A DNA stretch of 32,000 nucleotides from Candidatus Electrothrix yaqonensis (GCA_047651235.1 CP178758.1:990001-1022000), one strand, 5' to 3'. Positions 8,436-16,135 are shown, numbered from the stretch's first letter. Numbers and translations are program-made. The notes: generated by a model not told the origin, from the sequence alone.

Positions 8436-9164
8436 TTAATATGAAAAACTGATGGACATACCTCCGTAAAATGCATTTTTGTCTTCATCCGGGTCAGCAA
8501 ATGCTTCGAGATCACTTACCGTCCCCTGTCCGCCGTCCACTGTGCGTGACCACTGCACCTCCGGCGTTATGGTCACAAGCCCCTTATAAGAAACAGGCAG
8601 GTTAAGCGACATTGCAACGGCCTTGTTTCCGTTTTCCTCGTCATTCAGATTATTTGTCAGCAAAACAGCCTTGGAGCCGATACCGACAGCCAGATCCTCG
8701 CTGACCTGAAATGACCGGGAAAGATCAAGGGTAAAATACCACGGCCTTTCTCCTATGTTATCCAGAGTATTTCGGCCGCCGTACTCATCCATGCCGAGCA
8801 GAATGGTCTCTGCCATTCTGTTCTCTTTCACTGCCGTATAGATATACCCGGCTGAAAAACCAAGGCGTCCTTCAGAACCGGTATAGGAGAACGTAATGTC
8901 CTGCCCGTCAAACTGGCCCTGCTCGGAAAACATCCCCCTGAGCATATCTTTTGACTGTTTCAGAGACAAGTTGACTTCTCCTGATGGATTATCATCAAAG
9001 CCGCCGTACATTCCTGCTGCCAGCAGAAGATTGCTTACAGCAGTCTCGTCATAGGAACTAAGCAGGACATTCTGCCCGGAGTTCTCTGCAAAAGCCATCT
9101 GATTGCCGGTCAGCAGAGCTGAAACGGCAACAAACAAATATGGAATTTTTCTGAAGCTCATCAT
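8436..9164 (-). CDS. outer-membrane beta-barrel protein (hypothetical porin-like)
   Basis: Signal peptide MMSFRKIPYLFVAVSALLTGNQMAFA, alternating amphipathic beta-strand pattern, C-terminal SISFSY ending in an aromatic residue. Strong SD (GAGGGGGTGG) upstream. Confidence 0.7.
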   Translation of the reverse strand: MMSFRKIPYLFVAVSALLTGNQMAFAENSGQNVLLSSYDETAVSNLLLAAGMYGGFDDNPSGEVNLSLKQSKDMLRGMFSEQGQFDGQDITFSYTGSEGRLGFSAGYIYTAVKENRMAETILLGMDEYGGRNTLDNIGERPWYFTLDLSRSFQVSEDLAVGIGSKAVLLTNNLNDEENGNKAVAMSLNLPVSYKGLVTITPEVQWSRTVDGGQGTVSDLEAFADPDEDKNAFYGGMSISFSY

Positions 9165-9316
9165 TTTTCCACCCCCTCAAAACATACCTTTTCATCGTAT
9201 ACTTTACTATAACCTTTGATGAACAAAATAGCAATACAAAAAACTGTACAGCATGAAAAATAAAATTATTCCACGCTACCACTCTATTAACAACTGCCAC
9301 TTTGAGGTATTATGGT

Positions 9317-9769
9317 TCAGTAAATTTTCCGGGCAATCAGGGCGAAAAAAGCATCAGTGTTTTCTGCACTGTTTTTCCTGCTGCTGAATAACCAGCCCAG
9401 ATGAGACAGGCAGCTGCCGCAAAGGGCATACTGCCATTGATATCCGGTAAACCAGCTGAATTCTGCTGTCGGCTTTCCCTGCACGAGACAGCCGGGTGCC
9501 TCCCGGAAACAACGGATTTGAAAGGCAATGCCTGTCGGATTGAAAAAGGCATGTTCATGGCGTTCCTGCCTGCTGACAGCCTGAGCAGAATCGGTAATCG
9601 GAGCATCACAGGTACGGCAGCGCAGAGCTTCCCGGTTCCTGCTCTGCGCTTTGTCGTCTGTCCCGGAGTGCAGGCGGCTTTTCGATCCGGCCTCCGGGGC
9701 GGGACGGCGCAGCAGAAAATCAGACCGGATCGGAACAGTTGGAACAGCCGGAGCAATAGTGGTCAACAA
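9317..9769 (-). CDS. cereblon-like CULT domain protein (bacterial cereblon isoform family)
   Basis: LRCRTCDAPI...HEHAFFNPTGIAFQIRCF...AEFSWFTGYQWQYALCGSCLSHLGWLF aligns by eye with the Magnetospirillum MsCI4 CULT domain. Both CxxC zinc pairs and all three cage tryptophans are present. The only ATG (9769) lies 50 nt inside the cobA/hemD 3' end. Confidence 0.8.
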   Translation of the reverse strand: MLTTIAPAVPTVPIRSDFLLRRPAPEAGSKSRLHSGTDDKAQSRNREALRCRTCDAPITDSAQAVSRQERHEHAFFNPTGIAFQIRCFREAPGCLVQGKPTAEFSWFTGYQWQYALCGSCLSHLGWLFSSRKNSAENTDAFFALIARKIY

Positions 9770-11291
9770 TGGCGTTCACCATATCCGGAATGGTATAGTT
9801 ACCTGGCTGGACATCAACGCGCAGGCCGTTTTTTCTAACCGTCTCTGCAGTAACCGGGCCGATGGCCGCGATCTTCACCCCGTCCAGCAGCTGATGCAGC
9901 TCCTGTTCATCCGCCGCGTCAACCATCGCGAGAAAATTCGTCACCGTGGAGGAACTGGTAAAGGTCACCATGGTAATATTACCATTGACCAGCTCATCCC
10001 GCAGTTCGTCCTTCCGGCCCTGGGGCGGGACATTGCGGTATACCGGAGCCACTGTAACTTCTGCTCCGGCATCCTCCAGCATTTCCGGCAGGGTCTCCAT
10101 TGCCTTGAGAGCGCGGGGCAGGAGCACCTTTTTGCCCTGCATATCCCCTGCGGTCAGGGACTCGGCCAACCCGGCACCGGTGAATTTTTCTGGGATCAGA
10201 TCGGCCCGGATGCCGTGTTGAAGCAACTCGTCCGCTGTTGTCCGTCCCACCGCCCCGATGCAGCACCCGGCCAGAATACGGGCGTCCAGGCCGATGGCCT
10301 CCAGCCGCTTGAAAAAATAGGTGATGGCGTTGATACTGGTAAACAGCACCCAGTCATAGGCTGCCATGTTCTGCAGGGCCTGATCCAGCAGGCTGTAATC
10401 ATCCACCGGCTCAATATGGATAGTGGAGTATTCCAGACAGTCGGCCCCGTTTTCCTCCAGCAGGGAGACCAGCTCGCTGGCCTGTTCCCTGGTCCGGGTA
10501 ACTACAATCCGTTTGCCGAACAGAGGCCGGCGTTCAAACCAGTCCACAGAACTGCGCAGATTGACCACCTCGCCGATGATCACCAGGGCCGGCGGCTTGA
10601 TGCCTGCGTTCTGCACCACCTCGGTAATGCTGGACAGGGTACCGACTACGGAACGCTGAATCGGAGTGGAAGCCCAGCGGACCACCGCCACCGGCGTATC
10701 CGGATCACGTCCATGTTCGAGCAGCTTGCCGGTGATGACGGGCAGGTTCTTGATCCCCATATACACAACAATGGTGCCTGCACCGGTAGCCAGCTTATCC
10801 CAGGCAACCGAGGATCTGGTCTTGCCGGTAGCCTCATGGCCGGTGACAAAGGCCACTGAAGCGGTGTATTCCCGGTGAGTGATGGGGATGCCTGCATAGG
10901 TAGCTGCTGCCGTCGCCGAGGTCACGCCGGGAACCACCTCAAAGTCGATCCCGGCCCGGACCAGTTCCTGAATTTCTTCTGCCCCGCGCCCGAAGATAAA
11001 AGGGTCACCGCCCTTGAGCCGCACCACCCGTTTACCGGATTCGCCGTACTCCACCAGCATCCGGTTGATGCCCTCCTGGGTGAAGGCGTGCAGACCGCCG
11101 CCCTTCTTGCCCACATAAACCAGCTCGGCAGTGTCCGGCACATAGTTCAGCAGTTTCTTGTTGACCAGATAATCGTAGAAGACGACTTCCGCCCGCTGAA
11201 GGAGATATTTGCCCCGCAGGGTGAGCAGACCCGGATCACCGGGACCGGCACCGACGAGATAGACTTTACCTTTTTTCGAAGTATCACTCAT
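9720..11291 (-). CDS. cobA/hemD: bifunctional uroporphyrinogen-III C-methyltransferase / uroporphyrinogen-III synthase
   Basis: N-terminal KVYLVGAGPGDPGLLTLRG...GGDPFIFGRG...VPGVTSA is the SUMT signature. The C-terminal half (RIVVTRTREQASEL...VLFTSINA...TFTSSSTV) is HemD-like. The fusion is known from sulfate reducers. Confidence 0.9.
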   Translation of the reverse strand: MSDTSKKGKVYLVGAGPGDPGLLTLRGKYLLQRAEVVFYDYLVNKKLLNYVPDTAELVYVGKKGGGLHAFTQEGINRMLVEYGESGKRVVRLKGGDPFIFGRGAEEIQELVRAGIDFEVVPGVTSATAAATYAGIPITHREYTASVAFVTGHEATGKTRSSVAWDKLATGAGTIVVYMGIKNLPVITGKLLEHGRDPDTPVAVVRWASTPIQRSVVGTLSSITEVVQNAGIKPPALVIIGEVVNLRSSVDWFERRPLFGKRIVVTRTREQASELVSLLEENGADCLEYSTIHIEPVDDYSLLDQALQNMAAYDWVLFTSINAITYFFKRLEAIGLDARILAGCCIGAVGRTTADELLQHGIRADLIPEKFTGAGLAESLTAGDMQGKKVLLPRALKAMETLPEMLEDAGAEVTVAPVYRNVPPQGRKDELRDELVNGNITMVTFTSSSTVTNFLAMVDAADEQELHQLLDGVKIAAIGPVTAETVRKNGLRVDVQPGNYTIPDMVNAIVDHYCSGCSNCSDPV

Positions 11292-11353
11292 AAATTACGA
11301 TTATTTTTTATATTGAAGCCGGGGAGACATGCCGGACGTAATCAGGTTGATGC

Positions 11354-12544
11354 TCATCTTGGATCAGCACCTGTAAAAAAGCCCTGCTTCCAGAGATAAC
11401 CCATCTGATCACCATCATTCATATAGGCCGCTATCTGCTCATCGTCTCTGGCCCGCCTGACCTTGGTATATCCGTTCTCCTTGACCAGCCAGAACACTTC
11501 ATCCAGCTCGGCAGCATTAAGGAAGTCTGGCGAATGGGTGGAGACAAAGACCTGACCGCCGCGCCGGGCATAGGAGCGGAACTCCTCGGCCAGCTCCAGC
11601 AGCAGGGTCGGATAGAGCTGATTTTCCGGTTCCTCAACACAGAGCAGCGGATGCGGACTGGGATCATAGAGCAGAACCAGATAGGCGAACATTTTTATGG
11701 TGCCGTCAGAGACGTATTTATCAATGAACGGATCTTTGAACGAACCGTCCTGAAATTTCAGCAGCAGACGGTTATCCGCTGTGGCTTCCGGCTCAATACT
11801 GCCGATCCCAGGCACCCGTTCCTTCATACTGGCAAGGATATGGTCGAATTCCTCCCGATGATTGTCGTACAGATGCTTGGCAACAAGTTGCAGGTTATCC
11901 CCGGAAACAGAAAGATGCTCCGCATACCCGGTGTCATCCTTACTGCCTCTGGCAAGGTTGATGTGAAAGTCGGAGACATGCCAATTCTCCAGCATCTGCC
12001 GGAAGGCATTGGCGGCCTTGAAACGCTGAAACTGCCCCAAGCCCTTAATGGCGAGTATATCCGGGCTGTCTAACTGCTGCTGTTCCCGGTCCAGATCTTC
12101 TTCGGTTTTACTGAAATCTTCTTCATTGGTGACAGCGGAACCGCAACCTCTTTGGAAATTAAGAAAATGATAAGGAGAACCGTAAGCCCCCCGTTTATAA
12201 CGAAGAATTTCCCGCTTGACAATAGTCTGCCCCTTCTCTTGAGCTATTTCGAGAAGATAAGTAACCAACCGTTCACTGCCGGTGATATTGAGCCGAAATT
12301 GCAATTCAATTGAGATTGTTTTATCTGCTCTACCCCGGCTGACCACCTCTTGGAATCCACCCCGGCTGCGAAGAGCCCGCGATACATTAAAGGCAAGACA
12401 GTCTTTCAGGAAACCGAAGATATCAAAGAGGGTTGTCTTGCCGGTGCCGTTTGCGCCCACCACAATGCAGAAAGAGGGGATGTCGGTCAATTCAACATCT
12501 TCAAAGGTCTTGAAATTTTTTAGACGGATCGTTTCGATTTTCAT
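11354..12544 (-). CDS. AAA/ABC-SMC-type ATPase (AAA_15/AAA_21, COG4637-like), no partner gene
   Basis: MKIETIRLKNFKTFEDVELTD...VVGANGTGKTTLFD (Walker A), LLCVEEPENQLYP (Walker B), VFVSTHSPDFL (H-loop). ATG 12544 is preferred over the TTG at 12568. The codon usage looks AT-richer than in the flanking haem genes. Confidence 0.8.
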   Translation of the reverse strand: MKIETIRLKNFKTFEDVELTDIPSFCIVVGANGTGKTTLFDIFGFLKDCLAFNVSRALRSRGGFQEVVSRGRADKTISIELQFRLNITGSERLVTYLLEIAQEKGQTIVKREILRYKRGAYGSPYHFLNFQRGCGSAVTNEEDFSKTEEDLDREQQQLDSPDILAIKGLGQFQRFKAANAFRQMLENWHVSDFHINLARGSKDDTGYAEHLSVSGDNLQLVAKHLYDNHREEFDHILASMKERVPGIGSIEPEATADNRLLLKFQDGSFKDPFIDKYVSDGTIKMFAYLVLLYDPSPHPLLCVEEPENQLYPTLLLELAEEFRSYARRGGQVFVSTHSPDFLNAAELDEVFWLVKENGYTKVRRARDDEQIAAYMNDGDQMGYLWKQGFFTGADPR

Positions 12545-12596
12545 CGCGTTGCGTGTGTTTTCGGGCAACAGGGTCGGGAGGACTGAACAGGATGCG

Positions 12597-12628
12597 GAGT
12601 AGGGGCGGTTTGCGAACCGCCCCTACTC
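12597..12628. repeat. GC-rich perfect palindrome (14-bp arms, 4-nt loop)
   Basis: GAGTAGGGGCGGTT tgcg AACCGCCCCTACTC. It starts 3 nt after the hemC stop codon. There is no U-tract on either strand. Confidence 0.8.
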
Positions 12629-12631
12629 TGA

Positions 12632-13558
12632 TCACCCCGCATACACCTCATCCAGAATTGCCTTGCCCCCTCGGTCCAGCAGAGTTTCAGCGAGCGTGAC
12701 ACCAGTTTTTTCTGCATCAGCAGCCATTCCGCTAAGTTGTTCTTTCAGGATCGTCTTGCCGTCCAGAGAGGCGATCAGGCCAGTGAGGGTAACGGTGTCG
12801 CTGTCAATGGTGGCAAAACCGCCGATGGGCACCTGACAGCCGCCTTCCAGGCGCAGGAGAAAGGCCCGTTCCGCAGCGACCGTTACGGCTGTCTCGCGAT
12901 GGTGCAGAAACTGGAGGCCGTCCAGCAGCTCCGTATCTACCCTGCGCAGTTCAATACCCAGCGAACCCTGCCCGATGGCAGGCAGCATCTGTTCCGGGGT
13001 AAACAGGGTAGTGATGCGCTCCTGCAGCCCCAGCCGGTTCAACCCGGCTCCTGCCAGAATAATGGCCTCGTATTGGCCCTCATCCAGCTTTTTGAGCCGA
13101 GTGTCCAGATTGCCGCGCAGATCCCGGATATCCAGATCAGGCCGCAGGCAGACCAGCTGGGCCTTGCGCCGCAGGCTGGAGGTCCCCACTGTCGCCCCTT
13201 GGGGCAGTTCATCCAAAGCCGCATACTTTGCGGAAACAAAGGCATCCAGTGGAATCTCCCGCTCCGGCACGATAGCGACCTGCAGGCCCTCGGGCAGCTC
13301 GGCAGGCACATCCTTCATGGAATGCACAGCCAGATCCACCCGCTCGTCCAGCAGGGCATCTTCGATCTCCTTGACAAACAGCCCCTTGCCGCCCACCTTG
13401 GCCAAGGGTACATCGAGAATCTTATCGCCCTTGGTGACGATTTTCACCAGCTCAACCGTAGTGTCGGGATGATGCTCTTCAATTTGCGTTTTCACCCAAG
13501 TCGATTGGGTCACGGCCAACTGGCTGGCACGGGTTCCTATGCGTAGTATCTTTCTCAT
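12632..13558 (-). CDS. hemC: hydroxymethylbilane synthase (porphobilinogen deaminase)
   Basis: LRIGTRASQLAVTQS...GDK...PLAKVGGKGLFVKEIE..., SLRR, and the cofactor-binding GGCQVPIG motif; full length 308 aa. Confidence 0.95.
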   Translation of the reverse strand: MRKILRIGTRASQLAVTQSTWVKTQIEEHHPDTTVELVKIVTKGDKILDVPLAKVGGKGLFVKEIEDALLDERVDLAVHSMKDVPAELPEGLQVAIVPEREIPLDAFVSAKYAALDELPQGATVGTSSLRRKAQLVCLRPDLDIRDLRGNLDTRLKKLDEGQYEAIILAGAGLNRLGLQERITTLFTPEQMLPAIGQGSLGIELRRVDTELLDGLQFLHHRETAVTVAAERAFLLRLEGGCQVPIGGFATIDSDTVTLTGLIASLDGKTILKEQLSGMAADAEKTGVTLAETLLDRGGKAILDEVYAG

Positions 13559-13609
13559 TCTTTTCCTGAAGTGTGCTGCACGCTTTACTCTGATGTGCTG
13601 ATTTTCCGT

Positions 13610-14275
13610 TTACTCCTGTCCGACCCAGCGGATAAAATGTTCCGACTCCCGCTTTCGCCGTTTCTCTTTAGGCAGATGTTTCGGCATCCCGATAACACAG
13701 CCGCTCAGGGCCCACTTGTTCCGGGGCAGGCCGAGGAGCTGCATAAACTGGGTGTTTTTTGCCAAGCCGTTGGTGACGGACAGCATCTGAAAGCCGATCC
13801 CATGCGCGGTTGCGGTCAGCCACATATTCTGCATGACATGGGCCAGGGCCTGCTCCGCAATGAGAGGAAAGCCTTTTTTCTCTGCGACCACAATATAAAA
13901 TGATCCCTCGGTAAGACCGGGAATACCTTTTTCTGCTGTGGTGCGGATCCGGTCAGCAAAGAATCCCATCTTTTTGCGGAGAAAGGGAAGAAGTCGAACA
14001 GCCATGCCGATCTTGAATGCCCCGCTGCGGAGTTGGGCTTCAATGATCTGTCGGGCCTGATCCATCGGTTTTGTCCCTTGGCGGAAGATGAAGATACGCC
14101 GTCCCTCTTTGAGGGGGATTCCGGCTCCGGCTGCAAAGGGAGCGTACACCGCAGCCTCGACGATTTTTTCCAACACCTCATCCGGTATTTGGCCGGAAAA
14201 GCTGCGGCACGAACGGCGGGAGCGGATGACCTCCTCAAGGGCACCAATCCTAGTGATCTGTTGTGGATCAGCCAT
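13610..14275 (-). CDS. nitroreductase family protein (divergent)
   Basis: RSRRSCRSFSGQIPDEVLEKIVEAAVYAP is the N-terminal nitroreductase signature. ATG 14275 lies 2 nt after the upstream stop (TAATAATG), so the 14314 start in the ORF track is probably an extension. Confidence 0.7.
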   Translation of the reverse strand: MADPQQITRIGALEEVIRSRRSCRSFSGQIPDEVLEKIVEAAVYAPFAAGAGIPLKEGRRIFIFRQGTKPMDQARQIIEAQLRSGAFKIGMAVRLLPFLRKKMGFFADRIRTTAEKGIPGLTEGSFYIVVAEKKGFPLIAEQALAHVMQNMWLTATAHGIGFQMLSVTNGLAKNTQFMQLLGLPRNKWALSGCVIGMPKHLPKEKRRKRESEHFIRWVGQE

Positions 14276-14277
14276 TA

Positions 14278-14958
14278 TTAATACGGGGGTTCCGCCGGTC
14301 CGGCATAGCCGCATCGCCCTGTCCTGGGGGAGTTGACAATGGGCATAAGGGTATGGTCTTTATGCTCCTTATCTTTTGCATGCTGCTCGCATAAGAGGGC
14401 AACTTCGTCCTCATTGCCTCCGCAATCCATACAGAGCCAGCCCCCTGGTTTACCGCAGGTACAGGTTTCTACCTCTGGGAGCTGGTTACGGGCCATCAGG
14501 TAGATGGGATGCTCATTCAGGGGGGTACCTTCTCTTTCGCTGACGACCTTGATTAGCGTTTCTGAGGAGTCTCCGAAATCATAGATATGTGTGAGTTCGA
14601 GCCCTGAATGAAAAACAGCACTGACTTCCGAGTCCATTGCGATCTCTTCACCAAGGTGCCCTTTGGTTGAAAATTGGCTGAGGTGGCCGCAGCATTCTAA
14701 CCAGATTGCTCGTAGGTAGCTGTCCAGATCCTTTAAGGTCGCTGAACCGCATATTTCTAAATGGAGCCAAAAATCGTTCAACCAAGCGTCTTGGACTTTG
14801 AGATGATAGATTTTTTGTTCTTTTCCGGCTTTTGGGTCGCTTTTGCCGAGGGTGTCTTTGCGTTTGGGGCAGGCGGACAGATGTTTTACCATGCCGTTTC
14901 CTGTCATTTGTCTGCCGCAGAAGGCGCAGGCACCGCGAGTTTGTTTTGTTTGAGCCAT
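14278..14958 (-). CDS. plasmid pRiA4b ORF-3-like domain protein with N- and C-terminal zinc-finger-like Cys/His clusters
   Basis: IYHLKVQ...TLKDLDSYLRAIWLECCGHLSQF...THIYDFGDSSETLIKVV matches the hallmark YxLKV / HLxxF / YDFGD pattern of the family. Flanked by CAFCG..HLSACP and CTCG..CMDCG..CEQH clusters. Confidence 0.7.
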   Translation of the reverse strand: MAQTKQTRGACAFCGRQMTGNGMVKHLSACPKRKDTLGKSDPKAGKEQKIYHLKVQDAWLNDFWLHLEICGSATLKDLDSYLRAIWLECCGHLSQFSTKGHLGEEIAMDSEVSAVFHSGLELTHIYDFGDSSETLIKVVSEREGTPLNEHPIYLMARNQLPEVETCTCGKPGGWLCMDCGGNEDEVALLCEQHAKDKEHKDHTLMPIVNSPRTGRCGYAGPAEPPY

Positions 14959-14973
14959 TTTTCTATTTTTATC

Positions 14974-15091
14974 TAGGAGTTACGCAGTTGGTTTTATAAC
15001 CCGTTGGTTTTGTTCAACTGACGGTTTAAACCTCCAACAGGAGAACCTATTGTAACAATTGAGCTTCTTGTTTTCAACTGCGTAACTCCTA
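14974..15091. repeat. MITE-like element, copy A (118 bp, 17-bp perfect terminal inverted repeats)
   Basis: TAGGAGTTACGCAGTTG (14974-14990) is the exact reverse complement of CAACTGCGTAACTCCTA (15075-15091). The interior aligns with copy B at 26264-26379. Internal palindrome ATTGTAACAAT. Confidence 0.75.
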
Positions 15092-15265
15092 TTTATCTTT
15101 CTAATTTGTTAGAACTTCTTTGTAAACTATGGTTGTTTCTGGACTGATGAGGTCAGTAGTTTTGTATGTCCGTCTATTGCCTTCTGTACTTCGTCCGGTG
15201 AGTTGAAATCGGTGAATTCTATATCGTATTCCTGTGGTTGTGCTGTAGATCTTCCTCGTTATTCG

Positions 15266-16087
15266 CTATTCCTTGCCGTGTAAAGCGGGAACTCTTTCAT
15301 ACACCAGAGTGTAAGCTTCAGAAACAAATTTGTATTGTGCGTTACATTGGTTACATTTGTATTTAACACCTACTTTTGCCTTGTAGTTTTTTATCGAAAG
15401 AGTATTTCCGCATTCATCGCATTTGACCTGCATACATTTTATCTGAAGGCAGTGTGTTCCGTTTTTATTCTTAATATTATAGATAGCTTTACAATTTTCA
15501 TTTCTACATTCAACGTACTCCATCTTTTGAATTCCTTCAGAATTGATCAAGATGGGTTTCTTGCATTCTTGGCATTCAAAATGGATAATTTCTGACAGCC
15601 CAGTAGAAATCAAAGTTGTGTCTTCGATTACCTCAGTTAAATGATCAATTATCTTCTTGAGGAAATTCTTTATTTTTTCATTATCTTGCTTATCAGACTG
15701 ATTAATTGATGGAGTATGCAGGTAACTTCCGAGCTTATTGTAATTCTTAGCTAACCACCTATATTTTAATTTCTTCTGTACTCCTAAGTGAATTCCATTC
15801 TTCCAGCTTGGGACCCCCGGAGACGATTCGGGAAAAACAACAAGTTCGTAATCTTCGTCAGCCAACGGTTCTTCTATACAAAGACTCTTCACCAGTTTTG
15901 CAGGTTGCCACGTTTGGATTACAGAATGAGACAGTCTTTTTTGGTCTGCATATATCTTAACGGTTTCGTATACAATTGCTTCAATGCAATATCGTAGTTC
16001 TAAACATATATACCGCAATAAAACGTCATCATTCTGACCGAATAAGTCTTTGGCTCTGTTAAGGCAATTTTCTTTATCAAAATACAT
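15266..16087 (-). CDS. hypothetical protein, helical N-domain + tandem zinc ribbons (orphan, AT-rich)
   Basis: 273-aa ORF, clearly AT-richer than its neighbours. The C-terminal half carries four Cys pairs (ECQECKK...ECRNENC; KCDECGN...KCNQCN). No family recognised with confidence. Confidence 0.6.
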   Translation of the reverse strand: MYFDKENCLNRAKDLFGQNDDVLLRYICLELRYCIEAIVYETVKIYADQKRLSHSVIQTWQPAKLVKSLCIEEPLADEDYELVVFPESSPGVPSWKNGIHLGVQKKLKYRWLAKNYNKLGSYLHTPSINQSDKQDNEKIKNFLKKIIDHLTEVIEDTTLISTGLSEIIHFECQECKKPILINSEGIQKMEYVECRNENCKAIYNIKNKNGTHCLQIKCMQVKCDECGNTLSIKNYKAKVGVKYKCNQCNAQYKFVSEAYTLVYERVPALHGKE

Positions 16088-16135
16088 GTTGCTTCGTTGT
16101 CAGCCCTTACATTTTTTGAGAAGAAAAGAACTATA

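Noticed and set aside
9651-10859. 402-aa plus-strand ORF
   Set aside because: It lies antisense to cobA/hemD, which has unmistakable SUMT and HemD motifs. The plus-strand translation is Gly/Arg/His-rich low-complexity sequence typical of shadow ORFs in GC-rich genes.
12737-13546. 269-aa plus-strand ORF (and the nested 12975-13472 ORF)
   Set aside because: Antisense shadow of hemC with no motifs of its own.
15096-15265. Stop-free 43-codon minus-strand stretch (..EYDIEFTDFNSPDEVQKAIDGHTKLLTSSVQKQP*) downstream of the zinc-ribbon orphan
   Set aside because: It has no ATG, GTG or TTG start and is out of frame with the upstream gene. At best it is a gene remnant, so it is not reportable as a CDS.
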